Below are positions 8,408 through 15,607 of a stretch of DNA of 57,479 nucleotides, piece after piece. Every line of letters begins with the position of its first letter. The stretch's first letter is position 1. The stretch lies in IMG/VR virus record IMGVR_UViG_3300036790_000341, positions 1 to 57,479 of that record, one strand, 5' to 3'. The notes below the pieces were generated by a model. It was not told the origin of the DNA. It saw only the letters and a program-made list of their open reading frames with translations, and made no database searches. The position numbers and the translations under genes are program-made. This DNA comes from a virus. Lineage: Duplodnaviria > Caudoviricetes.

Positions 8408-8455
8408 CGTGTGCTCCTGTTCAACTCGCGGATGCGGGTGAGGTGAGGTGGGGTG

Positions 8456-8532
8456 CGTCCCCGTCCGTACACCGGGCTGGGACGGACGGGGACGACTCGG
8501 TCGGGCACGCGGCGGTCCCTGCGTGCCCGACC
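8456..8532. other. Two tandem strong hairpins between tRNA-Asn and ro60
   Basis: CGTCCCCGTCCGT/ACGGACGGGGACG (8456-8494) and GGTCGGGCACGC/GCGTGCCCGACC (8499-8532). Confidence 0.75.
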
Positions 8533-8608
8533 TGGCTGCCGCGGCAAGATTCGAACTTGCAACCAATGACTTAACAAGACACTGCTCGGCCAGTTGAGCT
8601 ACACGGCA
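8533..8608 (-). tRNA. tRNA-Asn (GTT), CCA encoded
   Basis: 76-nt cloverleaf TGCCGTG TA GCTC AACTGGCC GAGC A GTGTC TTGTTAA GTCAT TGGTT GCAAG TTCGAAT CTTGC CGCGGCA G CCA; one T-T mismatch in anticodon stem. Confidence 0.9.
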
Positions 8609-8622
8609 TCCGTGGGACGGAG

Positions 8623-8760
8623 GGCCGGGCGGGTCAAGGTGGTGGCGACCGGTATATAAGTGCTTTGCCAATTAAGCTACGCCCCTGCGGGCGACGGGAC
8701 TCGAACCCGCAACACTCTCTTACTAGGAGATAACCGACTGCCGTTCAACTCGCCCGGACC
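8623..8760 (-). ncRNA. yrlA: YrlA-type Y RNA (long terminal stem plus circularly permuted tRNA-like domain)
   Basis: Termini pair (CCGGGCG/CGCCCGG); T arm GCGGG-TTCGAGT-CCCGT precedes looped acceptor stem CGCCC-GCAG-GGGCG and D arm TAGCTTAATTGGCAAAGC; adjacent to ro60. Confidence 0.9.
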
Positions 8761-8780
8761 GAAGTCCAGGGTGGTGCTGT

Positions 8781-8848
8781 GCTCCCGGGCGAGCAGTGCG
8801 TGACCGCGGGGATCAGCCAGATAACCCACGGTCGTTCAGCTCGGAAGC
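8781..8848 (-). ncRNA. Short Y-RNA-like hairpin RNA 2 (~68 nt)
   Basis: GCTTCCG/CGGGAGC and GACCGTGGG/CCCGCGGTC stems; shares CGAGCTGAACG..GGTTATCT with YrlA. Confidence 0.7.
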
Positions 8849-8891
8849 CGGTGGTGCAACCCGTGGCACGAGGCGCCCGGGTGGTGGAGAC

Positions 8892-8959
8892 GATCGGGCG
8901 AAGGGAAGAAGCAGCGGGAGGAATCACCAGAAGATAACCCGCTGCCGTTCAGCTCGATC
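8892..8959 (-). ncRNA. Short Y-RNA-like hairpin RNA 1 (~68 nt)
   Basis: GATCG/CGATC and GCAGCGGG/CCCGCTGC stems; same 5' motif; starts at predicted TSS. Confidence 0.7.
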
Positions 8960-8967
8960 TGGAGAAC

Positions 8968-8997
8968 AACCTACCCGCGGAATTGCGCGGGTGTCAA
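8968..8997 (-). promoter_or_regulatory. Housekeeping-sigma promoter for the Y RNA/tRNA/ro60 operon
   Basis: TTGACA-N18-TAGGTT, with -10 ending 7-8 nt before RNA 1. Confidence 0.8.
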
Positions 8998-9503
8998 GCC
9001 GTATTTCGTGTTGGCGCCCCCGGGGCGTCTGCGTGCCGGTCCGAGCCGCCGGGGTCGCGGAACTCGCGCTCGGGCAGCGGCTGCCCGCTGGCCAGCGCCC
9101 ACCACCCGGCGCAGACCATCGCACCGAGCGGGAGACCGTTGTCGAGGTTCGCGGCCGAGACGTAGCCGTCGTCCTGCCGGAACAGCCCGTGGTGGCAGTA
9201 GAACGGCTGCGTCGCGCCCGGCGCGGTGGCATGCTCGGCCTCGGGCGACCCGGGCCGGTAAGCGCAGTCCACGCACGGGGCGCGCATCACGGCCGGCGGC
9301 GTGGGGGCGCGGGTGATCTCGCCTTCTTCCCAGCCGCGCACGTCGTCGGTCAGGCCGTAGCCGTGGCAGTTCATGCAGCGTTCGCCCTCCGACCAGGACC
9401 CGCTTCCTTTGCAGTAGGGGCACACGAACGGGTAGAAGGTGACAGTGGAGGTGTTCGGTGTCGGGCCACCACAGAAGCGGATCTGGGGCATCTCATCGGT
9501 CAC
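8994..9503 (-). CDS. Cys-rich zinc-finger protein
   Basis: CPYCKGSG, CMNCHGYG, CVDCAYRPGS, FYCH, CAGW. Confidence 0.7.
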   Translation of the reverse strand: MTDEMPQIRFCGGPTPNTSTVTFYPFVCPYCKGSGSWSEGERCMNCHGYGLTDDVRGWEEGEITRAPTPPAVMRAPCVDCAYRPGSPEAEHATAPGATQPFYCHHGLFRQDDGYVSAANLDNGLPLGAMVCAGWWALASGQPLPEREFRDPGGSDRHADAPGAPTRNTA

Positions 9504-9787
9504 TGCGCGGACTCCTCGGCGTCGATGAGGGCATCCGCGCGGTCCTGGACCTCGCGGACGAGCTCGAGCCACTGGTGCTGAGTTTCGGGGACCGCGGATT
9601 CGGAGCGGTCGAAATCGAGCCGACCGACGCAGGCGGCGAGGAGCTCGTAGGCGTTGCAGAGCCGATCCACCTCGGCGATCAGTTCGGCGCGGTGCCGGAA
9701 GACGCTCGTCGCGGTGGGATTCTTCAGATCGCTCTCAAACCAGCGTGCAGCCTGGGCACGGATCTCGTCGAGACGTTCAGGCGTCAT
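9500..9787 (-). CDS. Hypothetical protein
   Basis: MTPERL.EI...ELIAEVDRL; N-terminus resembles 11019-11630. Confidence 0.65.
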   Translation of the reverse strand: MTPERLDEIRAQAARWFESDLKNPTATSVFRHRAELIAEVDRLCNAYELLAACVGRLDFDRSESAVPETQHQWLELVREVQDRADALIDAEESAQ

Positions 9788-9790
9788 CGT

Positions 9791-10141
9791 CTAGTCCTTC
9801 GGGTCGGCGGTAGGTAGGGGCTTGCCTTGCAGGACGGCGACGACCTGATCCCAGTCGGCAGGGCGCCACAAGGCGACCTCGTTGCGTGGGTCGCGTGCGG
9901 CAGCGGCGAGGAATTCGTGCTGCTTCGGCCGGACGCGGCCGCCCGCTTTCTTCAGCTCCGCGAACACGATCCGGCCGGACGCCATGTGCAGCAGGATCAG
10001 ATCGGGGAGTCCGCCGGTGGTGGCGTGCCGCGAGTCGGGGTGGTGGTAGACGCGCCAGCCCTTGAGGGCTGCGAGGTCCAGGACGCGCTGCTGGAAGTCG
10101 GCTTCGGACAGTACGGGCGCGCTGCGGCGTGCTACGGGCAT
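9791..10141 (-). CDS. VRR-NUC (PD-(D/E)xK) nuclease, probable junction resolvase
   Basis: SEADFQ..V, GLPDL, FAELK, GRVRPKQ, WRP.DW. Confidence 0.85.
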   Translation of the reverse strand: MPVARRSAPVLSEADFQQRVLDLAALKGWRVYHHPDSRHATTGGLPDLILLHMASGRIVFAELKKAGGRVRPKQHEFLAAAARDPRNEVALWRPADWDQVVAVLQGKPLPTADPKD

Positions 10142-10431
10142 CAGGAGCGTTTCTTCGTAGGTGGGTGGCGCATGGCTCGGCTCAACGCCGCGTAGCCGGC
10201 CGCTGTGAGACGCACCCCGCGCCGCGCGCCGGTGAACGCCTGGTCGGGCCGGACGAGCCCGCGAGTGATCAGGGCGCGCATCGAGGACGTCACGACGTGC
10301 GAGTAGGCTCCCTCGCCCTGGTACCAGGTCCCCAGCTTGGTAAGGGTCATGAAGACCTCGTTGCGGACGATGGCCTTGAGGACCTGTAGCTGGGAGTAGG
10401 TGAGCGGCTTCTCGGCCGGGTCGGGGGTCAT
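10141..10431 (-). CDS. Hypothetical protein, possible winged helix
   Basis: LTYSQLQVL...ALITRGLV...LTAAG.AAL. Confidence 0.6.
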   Translation of the reverse strand: MTPDPAEKPLTYSQLQVLKAIVRNEVFMTLTKLGTWYQGEGAYSHVVTSSMRALITRGLVRPDQAFTGARRGVRLTAAGYAALSRAMRHPPTKKRS

Positions 10432-10724
10432 TGGGGGTTCCGGTTGGCGCGGGCGGCGTGGAGGGCTGCTCTGGCGGCTTCCGCGCCGGCGGTGGAGTCT
10501 CCGTGGGCTTCGGGGTCGCCGCGCATCGCGGGGTCGGTGCGCGGGTCGGCGGCGGGGTCTTCGATACGCCTAGGGGGTTCGGTGATCAGGAGGCCGGCGG
10601 CGTCCAGCTTTAGGGCGAAGTGGCGGGCGAAGTGGGAGGCGTTTTCGTTTCCGGCGGCGACGCATTCGGCTTCGAGGAGGTCGATGAATCGGCGGCGGGG
10701 GTCAGGGGGCGGTTTCGTGGTCAC
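10428..10724 (-). CDS. Hypothetical protein
   Basis: ORF tiling. Confidence 0.6.
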   Translation of the reverse strand: MTTKPPPDPRRRFIDLLEAECVAAGNENASHFARHFALKLDAAGLLITEPPRRIEDPAADPRTDPAMRGDPEAHGDSTAGAEAARAALHAARANRNPQ

Positions 10725-11022
10725 CGTCGTCTCCCGTGGACTCGAGCTCGGCGATTTCGGGCCAGTAGGTGATGAAGGTCTCTAGTGCGTCGCCTGTGAG
10801 CGCCGCGGCGATTTTGCGGGCCTTGGCGATGTGGGTGTCGTCCCGGATCTGGCAGAGGACCGTGGTGTCGGGTTCGCCGTTCCCTGTCCACCAGTCCACA
10901 TCTTCGGCGTGGCTGAGGGCACTCGCGGTATCGGGGTGGTGGATGACGCCTCCCTCGTAGGAATCGACTTCCTCGCCGCAGATGTCGCAGGCAGCGGTGT
11001 AGCAGGTGTGCGTCTTGATCAT
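10702..11022 (-). CDS. Hypothetical protein with CxxC
   Basis: ATGA overlap, AGGA RBS; CDICG. Confidence 0.6.
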   Translation of the reverse strand: MIKTHTCYTAACDICGEEVDSYEGGVIHHPDTASALSHAEDVDWWTGNGEPDTTVLCQIRDDTHIAKARKIAAALTGDALETFITYWPEIAELESTGDDGDHETAP

Positions 11023-11630
11023 TCTTGGGTTCCTGTCTGCTGGCGACTTCTCGCCGCGGTGCTCCGGACGGGCAGCGAGTAGACGATCATGTTGGCCGGG
11101 TACATGCGGCCGTCGACCATCCCCCAGAGTTCGTGCGAGCCGTCTTCGTCGTCGGGGACGTACCGCCAGTCGATGTCGGTGATGGGCTGGCGTTGGGCGT
11201 GCTCGCGGACGTACGCCTCGGCCGCGGTGCGCGCGGCTTCCTCGGTGACGTAGACGCTGATGGTGTCCTGGTAGGTGCAGTCGATGATCCAGACGCGTGA
11301 TGCGGGAGCTGGAGCGGCCGGAGTGTTGGTCCACCGCGCGCCGGGGTATCCGGGCCACTCGACCGGACTGGGCGCCTGGTGCATGCCGTCGTGGCCGTGG
11401 TCGAAGATGCAGGGGCCGATCGGGGGTTCGTTGATGAACACGCTCGGGGTCGTGGCGCCGCAGCGCGGAACGGACTGGGCGTTGGCGAGCTCGCTCCGGA
11501 GCCGGCCGAGCTCGGCGAGCAGCTCTCCGCGGTGGTGTTCGGCGATGAGGCCAGCCTGGGTGTGGGGTAGCGGGTGTTGGCGTTCGTATGCGTCGATCGC
11601 GGTGATCTCGGCGAGTCGTTCGGGGGTCAC
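11019..11630 (-). CDS. Hypothetical protein
   Basis: GTGA overlap; GPC....GHDG.H motif. Confidence 0.65.
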   Translation of the reverse strand: MTPERLAEITAIDAYERQHPLPHTQAGLIAEHHRGELLAELGRLRSELANAQSVPRCGATTPSVFINEPPIGPCIFDHGHDGMHQAPSPVEWPGYPGARWTNTPAAPAPASRVWIIDCTYQDTISVYVTEEAARTAAEAYVREHAQRQPITDIDWRYVPDDEDGSHELWGMVDGRMYPANMIVYSLPVRSTAARSRQQTGTQE

Positions 11631-12040
11631 AGCGCGGCCTCGGCGACGTCCACGACACTCGCTCCATAGCCGACGCCCGTGTTCTCGAGCTCGGTGCGCC
11701 CCATGTCCTCGAGGAGCGTGTCGCGCTGCTTCGGGGTCATCGTGTCCCAGTCGTCGGGGAGGTCGTAGTACTCGACGATGTCGGAGACGGTTGCCCAGGG
11801 GAGTTCAACGGTCACGCGGATCTTCTTCGTCATGGTCGGGGTCCTGTCGTCGGTGGGGATCTGGGTTTGTCCTGGGACCTGGCTGCGGGTCCTGCGCGGC
11901 CGGGGTGCCGGAGACGGCTGCGGGGCCGCTGTGGGCGCCGTGGGGGGCCGTACGAGGCGCCAGCAGTGCGGGCCGTAGCCGTGCGGCGACGGGCGCTTCA
12001 GGAGGCGGCGACAGCGGCGGCAGCGCGCCGGGCCGGTCAC
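11627..12040 (-). CDS. DUF6011-like Zn-binding domain in frame with an acidic domain (internal ATG at 11833)
   Basis: CRRCRR.L......GYGPHC; GTGA overlap at 12040; second RBS/ATG at 11833. Confidence 0.6.
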   Translation of the reverse strand: MTGPARCRRCRRLLKRPSPHGYGPHCWRLVRPPTAPTAAPQPSPAPRPRRTRSQVPGQTQIPTDDRTPTMTKKIRVTVELPWATVSDIVEYYDLPDDWDTMTPKQRDTLLEDMGRTELENTGVGYGASVVDVAEAAL

Positions 12041-12477
12041 AGCGGGCCCTCGCGGCGGTTCGCGGGCACCGGGCACGACGGCTCCCACCGGTCGCTTACC
12101 AGGCGCCACCGGCACTGGTCTGCCGCCGCAGCCTGCTCCCTGGTCCATTCCGAGCCGTCGGCCAGGGTCGTCTTGCGGAACGCGATCGCGCCGTCGTCGC
12201 GCATCGCGACCAGGGCGCCGCACCGGCATTTCGCGCCGGTCAGCAGTTTCTCGGCGAGCTCCATCGCCGCGTCGGCGGGGCCGTCGTGGTTCTCGACCTG
12301 GATGCGGGCGCCGCGGTACATGGCGTGCGCGTACCACCGGTGTGGCGCCGTCTCGTTCAGGAAGCCGATCTCGAACTGGCGCGCTCCGGCGCGGCCGACG
12401 AGGTCGGCGCAGGCGAGGACCTGGTCCCTGTCGCGCGGAGACAACCCTGCGGTGACGTCGTGGTGCCAGTCGTTCAC
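12037..12477 (-). CDS. Hypothetical protein
   Basis: GGAG RBS, GTGA overlap. Confidence 0.65.
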   Translation of the reverse strand: MNDWHHDVTAGLSPRDRDQVLACADLVGRAGARQFEIGFLNETAPHRWYAHAMYRGARIQVENHDGPADAAMELAEKLLTGAKCRCGALVAMRDDGAIAFRKTTLADGSEWTREQAAAADQCRWRLVSDRWEPSCPVPANRREGPL

Positions 12478-12959
12478 CGGGACTCCGGCTGCACGTTGAA
12501 GGCCGCGGTGGCGCCCTGCTCGAACTTCTCCAGGGCATGGCGCATCTTCGAGCCGGTCATGCGCCGGGCACCGCGGGGGATGTCGTAGTGGGCGATCCCT
12601 TCGCCGACGGGGATGCCGAACAGTTCGCAGAGCCGCATCGAATCCTCGGGGGAGAACTGCGGGTTGGTGCTGAGCAGCAGCCGGTAGGCCTCGAGCGCCT
12701 TGGCCTGCTGCTGGGCGCGTTCGGCCGCGACGAGTTCGCGGGCCTCGGTGCGCGCCTGGTTGATGCTGGCGTCGGCCAGGGCGCCGACTTCGCGGGTGAG
12801 GCGGCCGGCGAGCTGCTGGACCTGGTTCTTCAGGGCCGTGGTCTCGGCCGCGTGCTCGGCGCGTTCCTTCGCGAGCAGCGCCTCGAGGCGCTGGAGCTTG
12901 TCGGCGACGTTCTCGGCGCGCGTGTTGGCGGCTTTGACCGCATATTTTCCCTTTGCCAT
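12474..12959 (-). CDS. Coiled-coil hypothetical protein
   Basis: AAGGGAG RBS; heptad-rich. Confidence 0.7.
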   Translation of the reverse strand: MAKGKYAVKAANTRAENVADKLQRLEALLAKERAEHAAETTALKNQVQQLAGRLTREVGALADASINQARTEARELVAAERAQQQAKALEAYRLLLSTNPQFSPEDSMRLCELFGIPVGEGIAHYDIPRGARRMTGSKMRHALEKFEQGATAAFNVQPESR

Positions 12960-13013
12960 GGATTCAGTCTCCCTTGGTCGATGGTTGTTTGGCTGCGCAG
13001 GTCATGGGAGCTT

Positions 13014-13673
13014 CTAGGCCCCCAGAGGTGGTGGCGCCCGTGGCGGATCGGTTCCGTTGACGCCTTTGGGGTTATCCACACCCCGAGTGCCTACGCACTG
13101 AGGGTGGTCGCCTAGAGGAAGTGGAAGGGGGTTAGTGGTCAATAGTGGTAGTGGGAAGTGGGCTTCACTCCAATCGCTGGCCGGCTTCACATGAAAGTGG
13201 TTTTCAGGAGAAGTGGGCTTCACGTCAATCTTCGGATCCTGCTCGGTGGGATCCGAGTTATCCACAGGCGATTGAGGTGAAGCGGACTTCCCTTCAATCC
13301 GGCGCGGCGGCCGCTTCCCCACCTTCCTGGGAATGAGCCGGTTCCCGTCTGGGTCGAGTCGGAAGATCAGGAATCCCGGGCCCGGGTCGGTCAACTGATA
13401 CACGTTCACGGTGCCAGCGCCGGCGCGGCCCCCACCTCGCCTGACGAGCGTGAGGAATCCCATCGACACGAGTGTCTCCCGGTTGGTCGACACCGTGTGT
13501 TCCGAGTCGTCGAGGATGTCCGCGAGCAGCTTTCGGCCCACGCGTACATTGGAGCCGTCGTTGTTCGCGTAGTGCGCCATCAGGTATGCCAAAGCCTTGA
13601 GGTGTTTAGGCATCTCGGCGCGGTCGACGAGCCGCTCCCAGTCGAAACGGCCAACTGGCTGCGGCTCGGCCAC
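13014..13673 (-). CDS. Replication initiator-like winged-helix protein
   Basis: KALAYLMAHYANNDG.......LA......TV......L...GFL; internal iterons and DnaA boxes. Confidence 0.7.
   Translation of the reverse strand: MAEPQPVGRFDWERLVDRAEMPKHLKALAYLMAHYANNDGSNVRVGRKLLADILDDSEHTVSTNRETLVSMGFLTLVRRGGGRAGAGTVNVYQLTDPGPGFLIFRLDPDGNRLIPRKVGKRPPRRIEGKSASPQSPVDNSDPTEQDPKIDVKPTSPENHFHVKPASDWSEAHFPLPLLTTNPLPLPLGDHPQCVGTRGVDNPKGVNGTDPPRAPPPLGA
13072..13299. other. Putative replication origin (iterons plus DnaA boxes)
   Basis: TTATCCACA at 13072-13080 and 13258-13266; GAAGYGGRCTTCMCNNCAATC at 13155, 13210, 13279. Confidence 0.7.
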
Positions 13674-13724
13674 GTGAGATCCCGTCCTCGTTGTGCGTTC
13701 CCACGTGGTGGCATCGGCGGCTGC

Positions 13725-13931
13725 CTACCCGTTGTGTTCGGCGAGCCAGGCGTCCAGGGCGAGGCGCGGGTAGCGCACTTGTGCCTTGGCGCTCGAGCCG
13801 AGCTTGATGAAGCGCGGGCCGGTGCCCCGGCGTCGCATGTTGGCGAGGGACTGCTCCTTGAATTGGAGTATCGCGGCGACCTGCTGGGTGGTGAGCAGTT
13901 CGTCGTTGATGTCGGTGGGTTGGAGAGACAT
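13725..13931 (-). CDS. Excisionase/AlpA-like HTH protein
   Basis: LLTTQQVAAIL....SLANMR..GTGPRFIKLG...VRY....LDAWL. Confidence 0.85.
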   Translation of the reverse strand: MSLQPTDINDELLTTQQVAAILQFKEQSLANMRRRGTGPRFIKLGSSAKAQVRYPRLALDAWLAEHNG

Positions 13932-13969
13932 TCCCTTCCTTCCGATCGGGTTGAACGGGTGCTTTCGGG

Positions 13970-13999
13970 AGTATATGGAGCAGTGGTCGGGTGCGTCAA
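13970..13999 (-). promoter_or_regulatory. Promoter for the HTH/replication operon
   Basis: TTGACG-N18-TATACT. Confidence 0.75.
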
Positions 14000-14098
14000 G
14001 GGGTCAAGCCGACTGGCCGCCGAGCGGTCCTGGGAACGCCGAAGCCGGCCCTGCCTCGACCGAGACAAGACCGGCTCACGCCACACGCCAGCAGCCCG

Positions 14099-14302
14099 CT
14101 ACCCGCGGGCCACCTCCTCGCGCCACGCCCACTCACACGGACACGGCTCCACAGGCCACGTCTCCAGCGACGGCCACAGATGCCACTCCCGCCGCTCACA
14201 CACGAACGCACGACAACACCGGCAGCCCGGACACTCCTGCGACTGCGGACGCACCCACCTGTGGCCCTCAGGATCCTCCAGGGGCACGAGACCGAACGTC
14301 AC
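14099..14302 (-). CDS. Small Cys-rich protein
   Basis: GTGA overlap; CPGCRCC..C, CPC. Confidence 0.5.
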   Translation of the reverse strand: MTFGLVPLEDPEGHRWVRPQSQECPGCRCCRAFVCERREWHLWPSLETWPVEPCPCEWAWREEVARG

Positions 14303-15180
14303 TTCCCATCACCGCCATCGCCGAGGGCGAGCACGGTGAACGAAGCGTAGAACTTCGCCAACTGGCCGATCGCCTCGTCCCCCTCGGTGAGCTCGAACGG
14401 GTCGCCGAAGACGAACAGCGCCGGGAAGTCCCGGTTCGGCGACCGGTGCACGTGCTCGACGCCAGTGCTCCTCTGGCACGGGTTGCCGTTGCGGTCGGAC
14501 AGGATCGTGCGCTGCGGGAGCGCACGCAGCCATGCGCCGAGCTCGGCCGGCTCCGTCGGGGATGTCGAGGCGACACGCACCCCGGCAGTGGCCCTCGCGG
14601 CGTCGTACCGGGCGATCCCCGCGACGATGCCATGCAGCGCCCAGAGGAACCACCAGTCGAAGTCGCGCAGGTCCCACTCGCACGTGTCCGTGAACTGGAA
14701 CTTGCCGTGCTGGAAGTCGCGCAGCGCCTCGCGGGCGCAGTCCTCGTCCTCGACGTCCCAGTCGAGGCCTTCCTCGGTCGCGAACGTCCAGGCGTCGGTG
14801 ACGCCCGGGTACTCCTCTTCGGCGCCCTTGAGCACCGCGGCCACCTGTTCGTCGAGACGCTCGCGTGAATAGACCTCCACGCAGTCGCGGTTCGAGGTCA
14901 GCTTCTCTGCCCAGTAGTCCGGGCTGATCCGGTGCGTCTTGCGGTCGGGGTTGGAGCGGAAGAACTCGAACATGTCGGCGAGACGGTGGAACACGTACGA
15001 CTCGCCGTCGCCGCGGAAGGTGAGCGAGTTGGGGGCCGTGATCAACTCGTACCAGTAGCCCGAATTCCCGGGGTTCTTGAACTTCAGGTGCCGGTAGAGG
15101 CCGTCGTCGTGCAGGATCGTCATCTCGTGCGCCGCGGTCTCGCGGGCGAAGCGTTCGGCGATCGGGTCGGCTTCAGACAC
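14299..15180 (-). CDS. Conserved-looking phage protein
   Basis: GGAGGA RBS; HEMTILHDDGLYRHLKF...LTFRGD...DMFEFFR...YWAEK. Confidence 0.75.
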   Translation of the reverse strand: MSEADPIAERFARETAAHEMTILHDDGLYRHLKFKNPGNSGYWYELITAPNSLTFRGDGESYVFHRLADMFEFFRSNPDRKTHRISPDYWAEKLTSNRDCVEVYSRERLDEQVAAVLKGAEEEYPGVTDAWTFATEEGLDWDVEDEDCAREALRDFQHGKFQFTDTCEWDLRDFDWWFLWALHGIVAGIARYDAARATAGVRVASTSPTEPAELGAWLRALPQRTILSDRNGNPCQRSTGVEHVHRSPNRDFPALFVFGDPFELTEGDEAIGQLAKFYASFTVLALGDGGDGK

Positions 15181-15607
15181 TCTGTCCTCCTTCAGTGGTT
15201 GAAGCGCCATCCAGCCGTTCGAACTCGGTGTCCTCGTCGTATTCGCCCCAGTAGTCCGGGCCCGAGCCGGACGCCCGCACCCGGTAGACGCCCGACTTGG
15301 TCGCGGCGCCGGCCAGGTCGTAGTACTCGTGGATGTCGTGCTCGGTCATGCACCGGTAGTTGAACCCGGTCTGCCCCAGGCAGTCGTCGCGGCGCCCGGC
15401 GACGCAGTTCGGGCAGCGGTTCGGGGCGTCGTCGGCGCAGAAGTTGCGCAGGTCCTTGCAGTCGTCGGGATGGGTGAGCTGCATGTCGATCTCCGGCTCG
15501 GTCTCGATTCCCCACATGTTCGGGGCGTCGTGGCCGGGACAGTCGGCGCCGTGGAAGTGCGTGACAGTCACGGCGAGCGGGTGCCACGGGTCGCGCCAGT
15601 CGTTCAC
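15173..15607 (-). CDS. Cys/His-rich hypothetical protein
   Basis: GTGA overlap; tiling. Confidence 0.6.
   Translation of the reverse strand: MNDWRDPWHPLAVTVTHFHGADCPGHDAPNMWGIETEPEIDMQLTHPDDCKDLRNFCADDAPNRCPNCVAGRRDDCLGQTGFNYRCMTEHDIHEYYDLAGAATKSGVYRVRASGSGPDYWGEYDEDTEFERLDGASTTEGGQSV

Noticed and set aside
8408-8671. 88-aa N-terminal extension of the Ro60 ORF in the ORF track
   Set aside because: Overlaps tRNA-Asn, YrlA and hairpins; ATG 8407 has an AGGAG RBS and family motifs start after it
8728-8956. Three spaced 25-nt repeats as a mini CRISPR array
   Set aside because: Repeats are degenerate in the middle, spacing is unequal (91 and 113 nt), each pairs with its downstream sequence, and no cas genes are present
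9500-11630. Shared MTPERLxEI N-termini of 9500-9787 and 11019-11630
   Set aside because: Looks like ordinary paralogous module shuffling in phage accessory genes
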